DNA from: a virus
Lineage: Duplodnaviria > Heunggongvirae > Uroviricota > Caudoviricetes
Direction: 5' to 3' (one strand)
Length of the DNA stretch: 10,861 nucleotides
IMG/VR virus record: IMGVR_UViG_2713896896_000006
Span: 1 to 10,861 of that record
Part shown: positions 1 through 7,194 of the stretch, piece after piece
Layout of the letters: each line of letters begins with the position of its first letter
Position numbering within the stretch: position 1 is the first letter of the stretch
Notes under the pieces: model-generated
What the model saw: only the letters and a program-made list of their open reading frames with translations
The model's database searches: none
What the model was told of the DNA's origin: nothing
Position numbers and translations under genes: made by a program

Positions 1-276
1 TGGATAACCTACAAAGGAAAGCTACCGGGAAGAATTACTGGTTCTCTGAAGACGCCACCGACGGCATTGCGGTCAGAAAAAGATGATATTGAATCGCCCA
101 TTGAAAAACTGGAGGGCAGCGTCGCTGATCTGAATAAAAAATTGTCGGTGCTGATTCCTTCTGAAGATGAAAAAAAACGCCGCGATGAGCAGTTTGCGGC
201 GTTTTACGATTATTGCATTGAAGTTACTCGCAGGAATTTTGTGAAGATTTTTGAGGAGGGTAAATCTCTTCAGTAA
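1..276 (+). CDS. Hypothetical protein, 3' end of an ORF that is open from the window edge (5' partial)
   Basis: Frame 1 is open from position 1 to a TAA at 274-276; the product is hydrophilic and charged, and the antisense frame is not protein-like. No family recognised. Confidence 0.4.
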   Translation, partial: WITYKGKLPGRITGSLKTPPTALRSEKDDIESPIEKLEGSVADLNKKLSVLIPSEDEKKRRDEQFAAFYDYCIEVTRRNFVKIFEEGKSLQ

Positions 277-484
277 GCTTATTGGCGGACGCTGCAATTA
301 ATTCAGGAAGGTCCGCAAGGTCATCTGTCAGTGGATATGATGAAAAATCGGCGGCAGTTCTGTTAAGAAGCGCTTTAACTAATTCCTTTTCCTTCTCCGG
401 CAACAAGTTGATTAGAGCTACGACTGCTTGCCTGAGTGCGATTAAATCAGCAAAAGTTTGTTTTGGTAGATTTGTGTAATCCAT
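224..484 (-). CDS. Hypothetical protein (86 aa), convergent with and overlapping the previous ORF by about 53 bp
   Basis: ATG at 482-484 preceded by a GAGG Shine-Dalgarno about 5 nt upstream on the minus strand; the non-overlapping part is protein-like. No family recognised. Confidence 0.4.
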   Translation of the reverse strand: MDYTNLPKQTFADLIALRQAVVALINLLPEKEKELVKALLNRTAADFSSYPLTDDLADLPELIAASANKLTEEIYPPQKSSQNSCE

Positions 485-597
485 AGTCGCCTCTGTGTTT
501 ATCAGATTGACATCCTCATCCCGCCAGTGCCCATCACTGGTGAGGTAAGATTTAACATATCCGGGGATTTGAAGCCGATAAATCCTGATAAATATCC

Positions 598-1131
598 ATG
601 AACGTAAAAATCAAATACGGCCTGTCAGCTGCCGTTCTGGCGCTGATTGCTGCAGGCGCGTCTGCTCCTCAAATACTTGACCAGTTTCTGGATGAAAAAG
701 AAGGTAACCACACAACGGCATACCGTGATGGTTCTGGCATATGGACCATCTGTCGTGGTGCCACAATGGTGGATGGTAAGCCCGTCATACCGGGAATGAA
801 GCTGTCGAAGGAAAAATGCGACCAGGTTAACGCTATTGAACGTGATAAGGCGCTGGCATGGGTGGATCGCAATATAAAAGTACCACTGACCGAACCACAA
901 AAAGCAGGTATTGCGTCATTTTGTCCCTATAACATTGGCCCCGGTAAGTGTTTCCCGTCGACGTTTTATAAGCGGCTGAATGCCGGTGATCGTAAAGGCG
1001 CATGCGAGGCGATTCGCTGGTGGATTAAGGACGGTGGCCGTGATTGCCGCATTCGTTCAAATAACTGTTACGGTCAGGTTATTCGTCGTGACCAGGAGAG
1101 TGCGCTGGTGTGCTGGGGGATCGACAGATAA
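598..1131 (+). CDS. Phage endolysin, T4-lysozyme-like (GH24) with an N-terminal signal or signal-anchor-release segment
   Basis: N-terminus MNVKIKYGLSAAVLALIAAGASA is a K-rich then hydrophobic Ala/Gly-rich segment; the E-x8-D-x5-T catalytic spacing (E...YRDGSGIWT) matches lysozyme R of phage 21 and the RrrD-type family; it sits directly upstream of Rz/Rz1. Confidence 0.85.
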   Translation: MNVKIKYGLSAAVLALIAAGASAPQILDQFLDEKEGNHTTAYRDGSGIWTICRGATMVDGKPVIPGMKLSKEKCDQVNAIERDKALAWVDRNIKVPLTEPQKAGIASFCPYNIGPGKCFPSTFYKRLNAGDRKGACEAIRWWIKDGGRDCRIRSNNCYGQVIRRDQESALVCWGIDR

Positions 1132-1219
1132 GCAGAATATTTTGCTGAAAAATGCCGTTTGCTCACACAAGCGGATAACACGATATTCTGCAAACTGGCA
1201 AAAGGAAGTGAATAAAAGC

Positions 1220-1262
1220 AAAAACCCCGTTTGTTGGCAGCAAGCGGGGTTTTGTTTTCTGC
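1220..1262 (+). terminator. Intrinsic-terminator-like hairpin (13-bp stem with one G-U pair, 7-nt loop, then a T-rich tract)
   Basis: AAAACCCCGTTTG / TTGGCAG / CAAGCGGGGTTTT followed by GTTTTCT, about 90 bp after the endolysin stop. Confidence 0.5.
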
Positions 1263-1287
1263 CCATGGGAAAGCTAAAGGAGAAAAC

Positions 1288-1425
1288 GTGTTTGATTTTA
1301 GCAAACTGATTCTGGAGATTCGAGTGATGGCTGAAAAATTATCCACCTGGAAGTTCATCCTTATCTGGCTGGTGTTTGTGGTTATGGGCTCCGGTTATTT
1401 CATCGGTCAGATACGCAGGTGGTGA
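1288..1425 (+). CDS. Small single-pass membrane peptide (about 45 aa from GTG 1288, or 32 aa from ATG 1327) between endolysin and Rz
   Basis: AAAGGAG Shine-Dalgarno 5 nt upstream of GTG 1288; one hydrophobic helix (FILIWLVFVVMGSGYFIG); its TGA at 1423-1425 lies 1 nt before the Rz ATG, suggesting translational coupling. Confidence 0.4.
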   Translation: MFDFSKLILEIRVMAEKLSTWKFILIWLVFVVMGSGYFIGQIRRW

Positions 1426-1426
1426 A

Positions 1427-1891
1427 ATGAACCGGATTCTGTATGGCGTGATTATTGTCCTGCTGATGGTCTGTAGTGCTCTGTGGCTGGCAACAGATCA
1501 TTACCGCGATAACGCCATTACCTACAAAACACAACGCGATGACAATGCCAGAGAGCTGAAACTGGCAGAGGCGATCATTACTGATATGCAGGTGCGCCAG
1601 CGTGACGTTGCTGCACTCGATGCAAAATATTCAAAGGAATTAGCTGATGCGAAAGCTGAAAATGATGCTCTGCGTGATGATATTGCCGCTGGTCGTCGTC
1701 GGTTGCGCATCAGAGCAGTCTGTCCAGCCGTGCGTGAAGCCACCGCCTCCTCCGGCGTGGATGATGCAACCAGCCCCCGACTGGCAGACACCGCTGAACG
1801 GGATTATTTCACCCTCAGAGACCGATTGATGACGATGCAGAAGCAACTGGAAGGGGCACAGCTATACATTCGTGAGCAATGCCTCAGATAA
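1427..1891 (+). CDS. Rz: Rz i-spanin (inner-membrane spanin subunit)
   Basis: Near-colinear match to lambda Rz (HYRDNAITYK..., DVAALDAKY.KELADAKAENDALRDD.AAGRRRL, SPRLADTAERDYFTLR.RL.TMQKQLEG); N-terminal TM helix; start moved to ATG 1427 with AGGTGGTGA upstream rather than the track's 1376. Confidence 0.9.
   Translation: MNRILYGVIIVLLMVCSALWLATDHYRDNAITYKTQRDDNARELKLAEAIITDMQVRQRDVAALDAKYSKELADAKAENDALRDDIAAGRRRLRIRAVCPAVREATASSGVDDATSPRLADTAERDYFTLRDRLMTMQKQLEGAQLYIREQCLR
1647..1829 (+). CDS. Rz1: Rz1 o-spanin lipoprotein, embedded in the +1 frame of Rz
   Basis: Matches lambda Rz1 (KLKMMLCVM.LPLVVVGC, CVKPPPPPAW.MQP.PDWQTPLNGIISPSE); lipobox VVGC; proline-rich mature region; nested-gene arrangement typical of Rz/Rz1. 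Confidence 0.85.
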   Translation: MRKLKMMLCVMILPLVVVGCASEQSVQPCVKPPPPPAWMMQPAPDWQTPLNGIISPSETD

Positions 1892-2208
1892 AAACCGGCC
1901 AAGGATAATCCGCTGAAGATTTGCCGGCGGCGAAAGAGAGCCAAGGGTTCAGCCTACGCCATTACTCCTGTCGATGCAATGCATTCAATGGATGCTTGAT
2001 TTATTTCTGTGCGCTATATCGTCGCTGTCTCCTGCATAAACTATGACCGTAACTCGACGGGGAACCCCTTCTGCGTGAGTGTGCGGGGGGGAAGAAACAG
2101 GACACTCACACAGATTCTTGTGGGCACGATGCTATTCCTTTCTGGATTATCCCGATGCCATTCATGCAGGGCGCTGTATCAGACGTTCGTCATGGCTGTC
2201 AGGCTGAC

Positions 2209-2280
2209 GGGTCCTCCCGGTGGGGTGGCCTGCCACGGGGCGGGAGCGTCGCGGAAAAAGGCTAGTTTTTGAAATTTCAT
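2209..2280 (+). other. Lambda-like cos site, copy 1 (cosQ-like GGGTCCT at 2209-2215; predicted cosN 12-mer GGGCGGGAGCGT at 2238-2249)
   Basis: Aligns with the recalled lambda right-end/left-end junction ACGGGTCCTTTCCGGTGATCCGACAGGTTACG|GGGCGGCGACCT|CGCGGG; sits between the lysis cassette and the Nu1-like gene, as in lambdoid genomes. Lambda sequence is from memory. Confidence 0.65.
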
Positions 2281-2283
2281 TCG

Positions 2284-2370
2284 TCATCACCACTACTGTA
2301 ATGGATTGATATTACAGTGGTTTTATTTTTATGGTGTCGATTTTGATTATTTTTTGTTCACCACTAACAC
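2284..2370 (+). repeat. cosB-like region: three ACCACT(A/G) elements (two direct, one inverted) between cosN and the small terminase start
   Basis: CACCACTACTG at about 2288, inverted ATTACAGTGG at about 2311-2320, CACCACTAACA at about 2359; position matches the lambda cosB R-site block. Confidence 0.45.
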
Positions 2371-2423
2371 CGTTTGCCTAAAGTTGTTCGCAAGATGCAT
2401 GTTTAAAACATTCCGGAGCGGGT

Positions 2424-2918
2424 ATGGATCGAGAGTTAAAAAATCTGACGCTGAATATCAGTCAACTGGCGGCACTGTCAGGTGTACATCGCCAGACTGC
2501 TGCGGCAAGGCTGCAAAATCTACCCGTTGCAGGGGGGCATGAAAGCAACCTCAAGCTTTATCGGGTGGTTGATATTGTGTCGGCATTTCTGGCATTACCA
2601 CCGCCGGTTGCAGAAGGCGAAATGGACGCGCATGAGCGCAAAGCCTGGTATCAGTCTGAACGTGAGCGTCTTAAGTTCGAACAGGAAACGGCACAACTCA
2701 TTCCGGCCAGTGATGTCAGACGGGAGTTTGCCATCTGGGCAAAAGCGGTCGTGCAGGTGCTGGAGACATTACCGGATATTCTGGAACGTGACTGTGGTCT
2801 GCAGCCTGCCGCTGTGAGCCGTGTTCAGTCCATTATTGATGATCTGCGCGATCAGATAGCCCTGCGGGTGACCGAAGCAGGTGCGGATGATGAGGAGGAA
2901 TTACAGCAGGAGGAGTAA
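2424..2918 (+). CDS. Terminase small subunit, lambda Nu1-like
   Basis: N-terminal HTH-like segment (LNISQLAALSGVHRQTAAARL) and acidic C-terminus comparable to Nu1; GGAG Shine-Dalgarno; stop overlaps the large terminase start (TAATG). Confidence 0.75.
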   Translation: MDRELKNLTLNISQLAALSGVHRQTAAARLQNLPVAGGHESNLKLYRVVDIVSAFLALPPPVAEGEMDAHERKAWYQSERERLKFEQETAQLIPASDVRREFAIWAKAVVQVLETLPDILERDCGLQPAAVSRVQSIIDDLRDQIALRVTEAGADDEEELQQEE

Positions 2919-3913
2919 TGCTGAATCAGGAAACCGCAAAGGCAGCACGAACCGATTCAGGTTATATCCTTCGCGCACCGAGACGAATGCGGGTTGCTGA
3001 TGCCGTTGCTCAGTATATGCGGGTGCCCATGGGGGCAGGGAACTCAGTCCCGTGGGATCCGCTGGTGGCACCGTATGTTATTGAGCCGATGAACTGCCTG
3101 GCCTCGCGTGAATACGACGCAGTGATATTTGTTGGCCCGGCACGAACCGGCAAGACTATCGGCCTGATTGACGGCTGGGTGATTTACAACGTGATTTGCG
3201 ATCCTGCGGATATGCTGATCATTCAGATGACGGAGGAAAAAGCCCGCGAACACTCCAAAAAACGACTCGCCAGAACGTTTCGCGTCAGCCCGGAAGTGGT
3301 CAGTCGCCTGAGTCCGAACAAAAATGACAACAACGTTTATGACAGAACATTCCTTGCTGGCAACTACCTGAAAATCGGCTGGCCGTCAGTCAATATCATG
3401 TCCTCATCAGATTATAAATGCGTGGCGCTGACGGATTATGACCGTTTTCCGGAAGATATTGATGGCGAGGGGGATGCTTTCTCTCTTGCCTCAAAACGTA
3501 CCACCACATTTATGTCCAGCGGTATGACGCTGGTGGAGAGTTCCCCCGGCAGGGATGTGAAGGATGTGAAATGGCGACGGACTTCACCGCATGAGGCTCC
3601 ACCAACCACGGGGATACTGTCGCTCTATAACCGTGGCGATCGCCGTCGCTGGTACTGGCCCTGTCCACACTGTGGTGAGTTTTTTCAGCCCTGCGGCGAT
3701 GTGGTTGCTGGTTTCCGTGATATTGCCGATCCCGTGCTGGCAAGTGAGGCGGCTTATATTCAGTGTCCTTCCTGTTCAGGACGGATTATGCCTGAACAAA
3801 AACGTGAGCTGAACGGACGTGGGGTCTGGTTGCGGGATGGTGAATCCATCAATGCGGATGGCAGTCGTTATGGTGATCCCCGACGCTCACGTATTGCGTC
3901 ATTCTGGATGTAG
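2918..3913 (+). pseudogene. Terminase large subunit (lambda gpA family), truncated to the N-terminal 331 aa
   Basis: Walker A-like VGPARTGKT; CPHCGE motif (WYWPCPHCGEFF versus lambda FHVACPHCGEEQ); tracks lambda gpA up to about residue 330 (RIASFWM versus VTFHIWTAY) then hits a stop; the remaining ~300 codons are absent and the integrase gene begins 160 bp later. Confidence 0.8.
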
Positions 3914-4074
3914 GGTACATTTCTTACCTGTTTTTATGTTCTGGTGTCGTTTTGTAGTCTTTTCAATGAGTTGTGATTTTTTGTGTTTCCTCTCTTTACT
4001 TGATAATGAGTTAGTTTATCGCTTGTTATCGACTTGAAAGGACTACATGACGGACTAAAAAATGAGGGCGATAG

Positions 4075-5313
4075 ATGCCGGTAAAGCCATTAACCGTGAC
4101 TGAAGTTAAGGGAATGAAACCACGTGAAAAGGACTATGCCGTTTATGATGGATTCGGTTTATTGCTGAATGTGAGTAAAGCTGGTGGGAAAGTGTGGCGT
4201 TTCCGTTATAGCCATCCGATAACGAAGAAACGGCAGACATACACGATAGGGCGTTTTCCTGAATTCTCACTCGCGGAAGCACGGGAAATACGTGATGAAC
4301 TTCGGCGAATGATTGCACGTGGAGTTGATCCAGTGACAGAGAAGAAAAATCGTAAAATTGAGATGTCACTAAAAAATCTACAAACATTTGAAGCTGTTGC
4401 TAATGCATGGATCGCTTTTAAAAAGGGATCGGAATTGCGGAAACCTACGCTGTATAATATCGAATATGAAGTATACAAATATCTTGTTCCTTTCTTTGGT
4501 AAGTACAGCATAGAGAAAATTACAGCGCCAGTAGCTATTAATGCTCTGGATGCCGTATCCGATAAGAATGCGTTGCAAAAAAAATTAATATCAAGATTAA
4601 ATGAAATTATGAATTACGCTGTAAATTGTGGAGCATTGAAAACGAATCCATTACTTAAGATAAAAACTGCATTCACAGGAAAGAAAAATAAATCATTAGC
4701 TGCACTACCTATTGAAAGATTGCCTGAATTTCTGAGCTGGTGGGATAGTGTGCCTCATAAGTATCAAATAGCTCACAATGCACTTTTATTCCAGATATTG
4801 ACAATGGTCAGGCCAGGTGAGGCGATTAAAGCAGAGTGGTCCGAGATTGATTTTGATTCTGGCTTGTGGATTATCCCCGCGCATAAAATGAAATGCCATC
4901 GTGAACATGTTGTGCCTCTCTCATCACAGGCTATTAGAATCCTAAGAACAATGCAGAAAATAAAAAGAGGGCGTTATATATTTTTTTCCTCCAGAACAAA
5001 AGATGCTCCTATGGGAAAGAATACTATCAATACCCCAATTGCTGCCAGCAAGTTCAAAGGGATTGTAACGTTACACGGTTTTCGTTCGATGTGGAGTACG
5101 CTTTTAAATGAGGAGGGTTTTAACCCTGATGTTATTGAGGCTGCATTAGCACATAAAAGTGGTGATAAAATAAGAGATATTTATAATAGAACTACTTATT
5201 TAGAACAACGCAAAATTATGATGCAATGGGTAGGAGATTTTTTTGATGAGGCGAGAAAAGGGGTAATTAATAGATCCGGTGGTAAGAAAGGTTTGAGAAT
5301 AGTAAATGGTTGA
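4075..5313 (+). CDS. int: Tyrosine recombinase, P4-type integrase
   Basis: N-terminal arm-binding-like domain (KDYAVYDGFGLLLNVSKAGGKVWRFRY...TIGRFPEFSLAEAR) and C-terminal catalytic region (HGFRSMWST...H..R..YNRTTY); GAGGG Shine-Dalgarno. Confidence 0.9.
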   Translation: MPVKPLTVTEVKGMKPREKDYAVYDGFGLLLNVSKAGGKVWRFRYSHPITKKRQTYTIGRFPEFSLAEAREIRDELRRMIARGVDPVTEKKNRKIEMSLKNLQTFEAVANAWIAFKKGSELRKPTLYNIEYEVYKYLVPFFGKYSIEKITAPVAINALDAVSDKNALQKKLISRLNEIMNYAVNCGALKTNPLLKIKTAFTGKKNKSLAALPIERLPEFLSWWDSVPHKYQIAHNALLFQILTMVRPGEAIKAEWSEIDFDSGLWIIPAHKMKCHREHVVPLSSQAIRILRTMQKIKRGRYIFFSSRTKDAPMGKNTINTPIAASKFKGIVTLHGFRSMWSTLLNEEGFNPDVIEAALAHKSGDKIRDIYNRTTYLEQRKIMMQWVGDFFDEARKGVINRSGGKKGLRIVNG

Positions 5314-5325
5314 GGAGTTCAGCAA

Positions 5326-5529
5326 ATGAATACCAATGAAGATATTTTATTTACTAAAGACGTAATGAAAATTTTGCGCTATGGGGCAATGAGCGCATTC
5401 ATCAATTTCTGGAAAGATGAAAATAATGGTTTTCCTCAACCGTTCAGAATTGGGCGGCGGCATACCTGGCACCGTAGAGATGTAGAGGCATGGTTAGATA
5501 AACAACGAGAACAGGCCAATCCCCACTAA
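5326..5529 (+). CDS. alpA: AlpA-family DNA-binding regulator/excisionase-like protein
   Basis: 67 aa, directly downstream of int; AlpA-like HTH with a ...HRRDVEAWLDKQ tail; GAGGAG Shine-Dalgarno. Confidence 0.7.
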   Translation: MNTNEDILFTKDVMKILRYGAMSAFINFWKDENNGFPQPFRIGRRHTWHRRDVEAWLDKQREQANPH

Positions 5530-5543
5530 TAATATCTTTCATA

Positions 5544-5568
5544 CCCCGCACGCAATGCGGGGTTTTTT
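5544..5568 (+). terminator. Intrinsic terminator after alpA
   Basis: CCCCGCA / CGCAA / TGCGGGG followed by TTTTTT. Confidence 0.8.
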
Positions 5569-5587
5569 GTATGTGAGGTAAAAAACG

Positions 5588-6169
5588 ATGAATAAAAATA
5601 TTGCCGTGACGGGCAAGGGGTACGCTCGTTCAGTAAAAAAATTCTGCGATATTCGTGATCTTGTCGTTCTGCGCTTTGATGGCGTGGATGTTCGTGTGGT
5701 GTATCTGAACGGCGATCCGTGGTTTGTTGCAAAGGATGTTTGTGAAGCTCTGGAAATAAGCAACTCACGCGATGCTCTAAAAGCTCTGGATGTGGATGAG
5801 AAGAATACCGTCGCTTTAAGCTACGGTATTCGCGGAAATCCAAATCATAGCGTCGTTTCTGAATCTGGTTTTTACAAGCTGATCGCCAGAAGTCGCAAAG
5901 CTGTTACTCCTGGCACGTTCGCCCATCGTTTCAGTAACTGGGTATTCAGGAATGTGATACCAGGTATCAGAAAAACGGGGGCTTATGGTATCCCGTGGGG
6001 TGCATTACAGGATTTTTCCCGCCGTAAAGAGCAATATCAAATAAGTGCCAGCGAGAAGGGGAGGGAGCTACAGGCATGTAAGCGCAAAAAGCGTGAGCTG
6101 GAGGAAGAAGAAAAAAGGCTGATACGTGAATATCAGCCTGAGTTTTACTTTGGTGAGCGTATTCAGTAA
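5588..6169 (+). CDS. Bro-N domain protein (antirepressor-like)
   Basis: N-terminal Bro-N signature (FDGVDVRVVYLNGDPWFVAKDVCEALEI...VVSESGFYKLIARSRKA) with a charged, coiled-coil-like C-terminus; GAGGT Shine-Dalgarno. Confidence 0.7.
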   Translation: MNKNIAVTGKGYARSVKKFCDIRDLVVLRFDGVDVRVVYLNGDPWFVAKDVCEALEISNSRDALKALDVDEKNTVALSYGIRGNPNHSVVSESGFYKLIARSRKAVTPGTFAHRFSNWVFRNVIPGIRKTGAYGIPWGALQDFSRRKEQYQISASEKGRELQACKRKKRELEEEEKRLIREYQPEFYFGERIQ

Positions 6170-6344
6170 CCACGCGCATTGCTGATTATACGATACATCG
6201 TGTTAACCGGGAAGCTCCCCACCAGCAAGGCAAAATCTTCTGCTAAAAAATGACATATGAGCAGCCGTCCTGAAAGCATGAAGTTTTGCAGGAATAGATG
6301 CTGCAGTTCTTTATTTTATCAATTGGACTTTAGATAAAAGTAAA

Positions 6345-6380
6345 GGCGACCGAGGTGGTCGCCAGTTTTATTTTTATATT
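6345..6380. terminator. Bidirectional intrinsic terminator between the convergent Bro-N and membrane-protein genes
   Basis: GGCGACC / GAGGT / GGTCGCC flanked by an A-rich run upstream and a T-rich run downstream. Confidence 0.7.
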
Positions 6381-6385
6381 TTTCC

Positions 6386-6829
6386 CTATTGCATCAACAA
6401 TGAATGTCTTATCCACATTACGAGGGATGGAATAATTTTTATGTATCCGCCATATGCCCATATAATGGTGCCAAAAACAGTTAGTCCAACCCCGAGTACT
6501 TCAGCTTTTATTTCCTCTCTGACCTCAACTCGAGCTTTAGCTAAGTTTTCTTCTCGTATCTTTTGTGATTCTTCCGCAGACAATGGCGGGCCAGTTACGC
6601 CACTGCGTGAATTAATTTCAGCTTCGCGATTAGATAATTTTTTTAAAGTTGTGAACTTGATTGTATACAACAATCCAAAAACTGAAATAATTGCACCTGA
6701 GCTGGCGAATAGATTCATATCATTAAGATATTGGCCGAACAAAAAGCTTGCTCCACAAAAAACACATAATATGGCAATGGATGTTTTTGCACCGAGTATT
6801 TTTAGTAATATTGTTCTAAATCTCTTCAT
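6386..6829 (-). CDS. Hypothetical multi-pass membrane protein (147 aa)
   Basis: Three to four hydrophobic helices around a charged central loop (SAEESQKIREENLAKARVEVREEIKAE); AT-rich codon usage; second gene of a minus-strand pair after the ribbon-helix-helix gene. No family recognised. Confidence 0.6.
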   Translation of the reverse strand: MKRFRTILLKILGAKTSIAILCVFCGASFLFGQYLNDMNLFASSGAIISVFGLLYTIKFTTLKKLSNREAEINSRSGVTGPPLSAEESQKIREENLAKARVEVREEIKAEVLGVGLTVFGTIIWAYGGYIKIIPSLVMWIRHSLLMQ

Positions 6830-6860
6830 TGTTAATATATCCTATCATAGAAGTAGTAAT

Positions 6861-7055
6861 TCACCCCTTAGGTTCGATACCGCGCCGCTTTAGTTCGGAG
6901 CGCCCTAACTCTTTAAGCCAGTTAGCAAGGCTTACACCATCATTATTAGCCTCGCTATCAAACTGTTCTTTCAGTTCTGGAGCTATACGCATATGGAAAG
7001 GGGGAGCCTTTCCTGTCCCTTTGGGTTTTTTATCGCGTTTAATTATTGTTGACAT
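6861..7055 (-). CDS. Ribbon-helix-helix (Arc/CopG-like) DNA-binding protein, candidate island repressor
   Basis: Basic N-tail then a beta-strand/helix pattern (FHMRIAPELKEQFDSEANNDGVSLANWLKEL) typical of RHH proteins; AGGTG Shine-Dalgarno; start codon lies inside the palindromic operator region. Confidence 0.6.
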   Translation of the reverse strand: MSTIIKRDKKPKGTGKAPPFHMRIAPELKEQFDSEANNDGVSLANWLKELGRSELKRRGIEPKG

Positions 7056-7113
7056 GTGTACACCTATGGCGTTATGTTTTCATTCGATAGGTGTACACAT
7101 TAACACGTGTGCA
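7049..7113 (+). promoter_or_regulatory. Divergent switch region: rightward sigma70-like promoter overlapped by palindromic operators
   Basis: -35 TTGACA at 7049-7054, 18-bp spacer, -10-like TATGTT; self-complementary GTGTACAC at 7056-7063 and 7091-7098 (12-bp perfect inverted arms 19 bp apart) and ACACGTGT at 7103-7110. Confidence 0.55.
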
Positions 7114-7194
7114 TTTAATAACGCAACGCCCCGCAGTGCTGGAACACATGCAGGGCGTCTAACCACCAACGATAGCAACAGTATCGAGGTAGCT

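Noticed and set aside
625-1358. ORFs 625..900 (-), 669..872 (-), 980..1309 (+), 1057..1266 (-) and 1074..1358 (-)
   Set aside because: They are shadows of the endolysin gene, or cross the terminator hairpin; the endolysin frame has the clear family signature.
1376-1426. Longer Rz start at 1376 proposed by the ORF track
   Set aside because: It would add 17 non-homologous residues and overlap the small membrane ORF; ATG 1427 has a Shine-Dalgarno and aligns with the lambda Rz N-terminus.
2009-2272. 87-aa plus-strand ORF upstream of the small terminase
   Set aside because: It runs straight across the cosQ/cosN core, has a Gly/Arg-rich low-complexity translation and no Shine-Dalgarno; the region is better explained as the non-coding cos site.
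2306-2817. Plus-strand ORFs 2306..2542 and 2482..2817
   Set aside because: They lie out of frame over the cosB-like region and the Nu1-like gene; the Nu1-like frame has the HTH signature and the Shine-Dalgarno.
3819-4037. 72-aa Cys/Phe-rich ORF across the terminase/island junction
   Set aside because: It overlaps the 3' end of the terminase fragment in another frame and continues through the T-tract-rich junction; no ribosome-binding site and an implausible composition.
3914-4074. A tRNA or tmRNA attachment site next to the P4-type integrase
   Set aside because: No cloverleaf-compatible sequence is visible on either strand near int or at the window ends; the flanking sequence is a terminase gene fragment instead. 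A proper tRNA scan could still overturn this.
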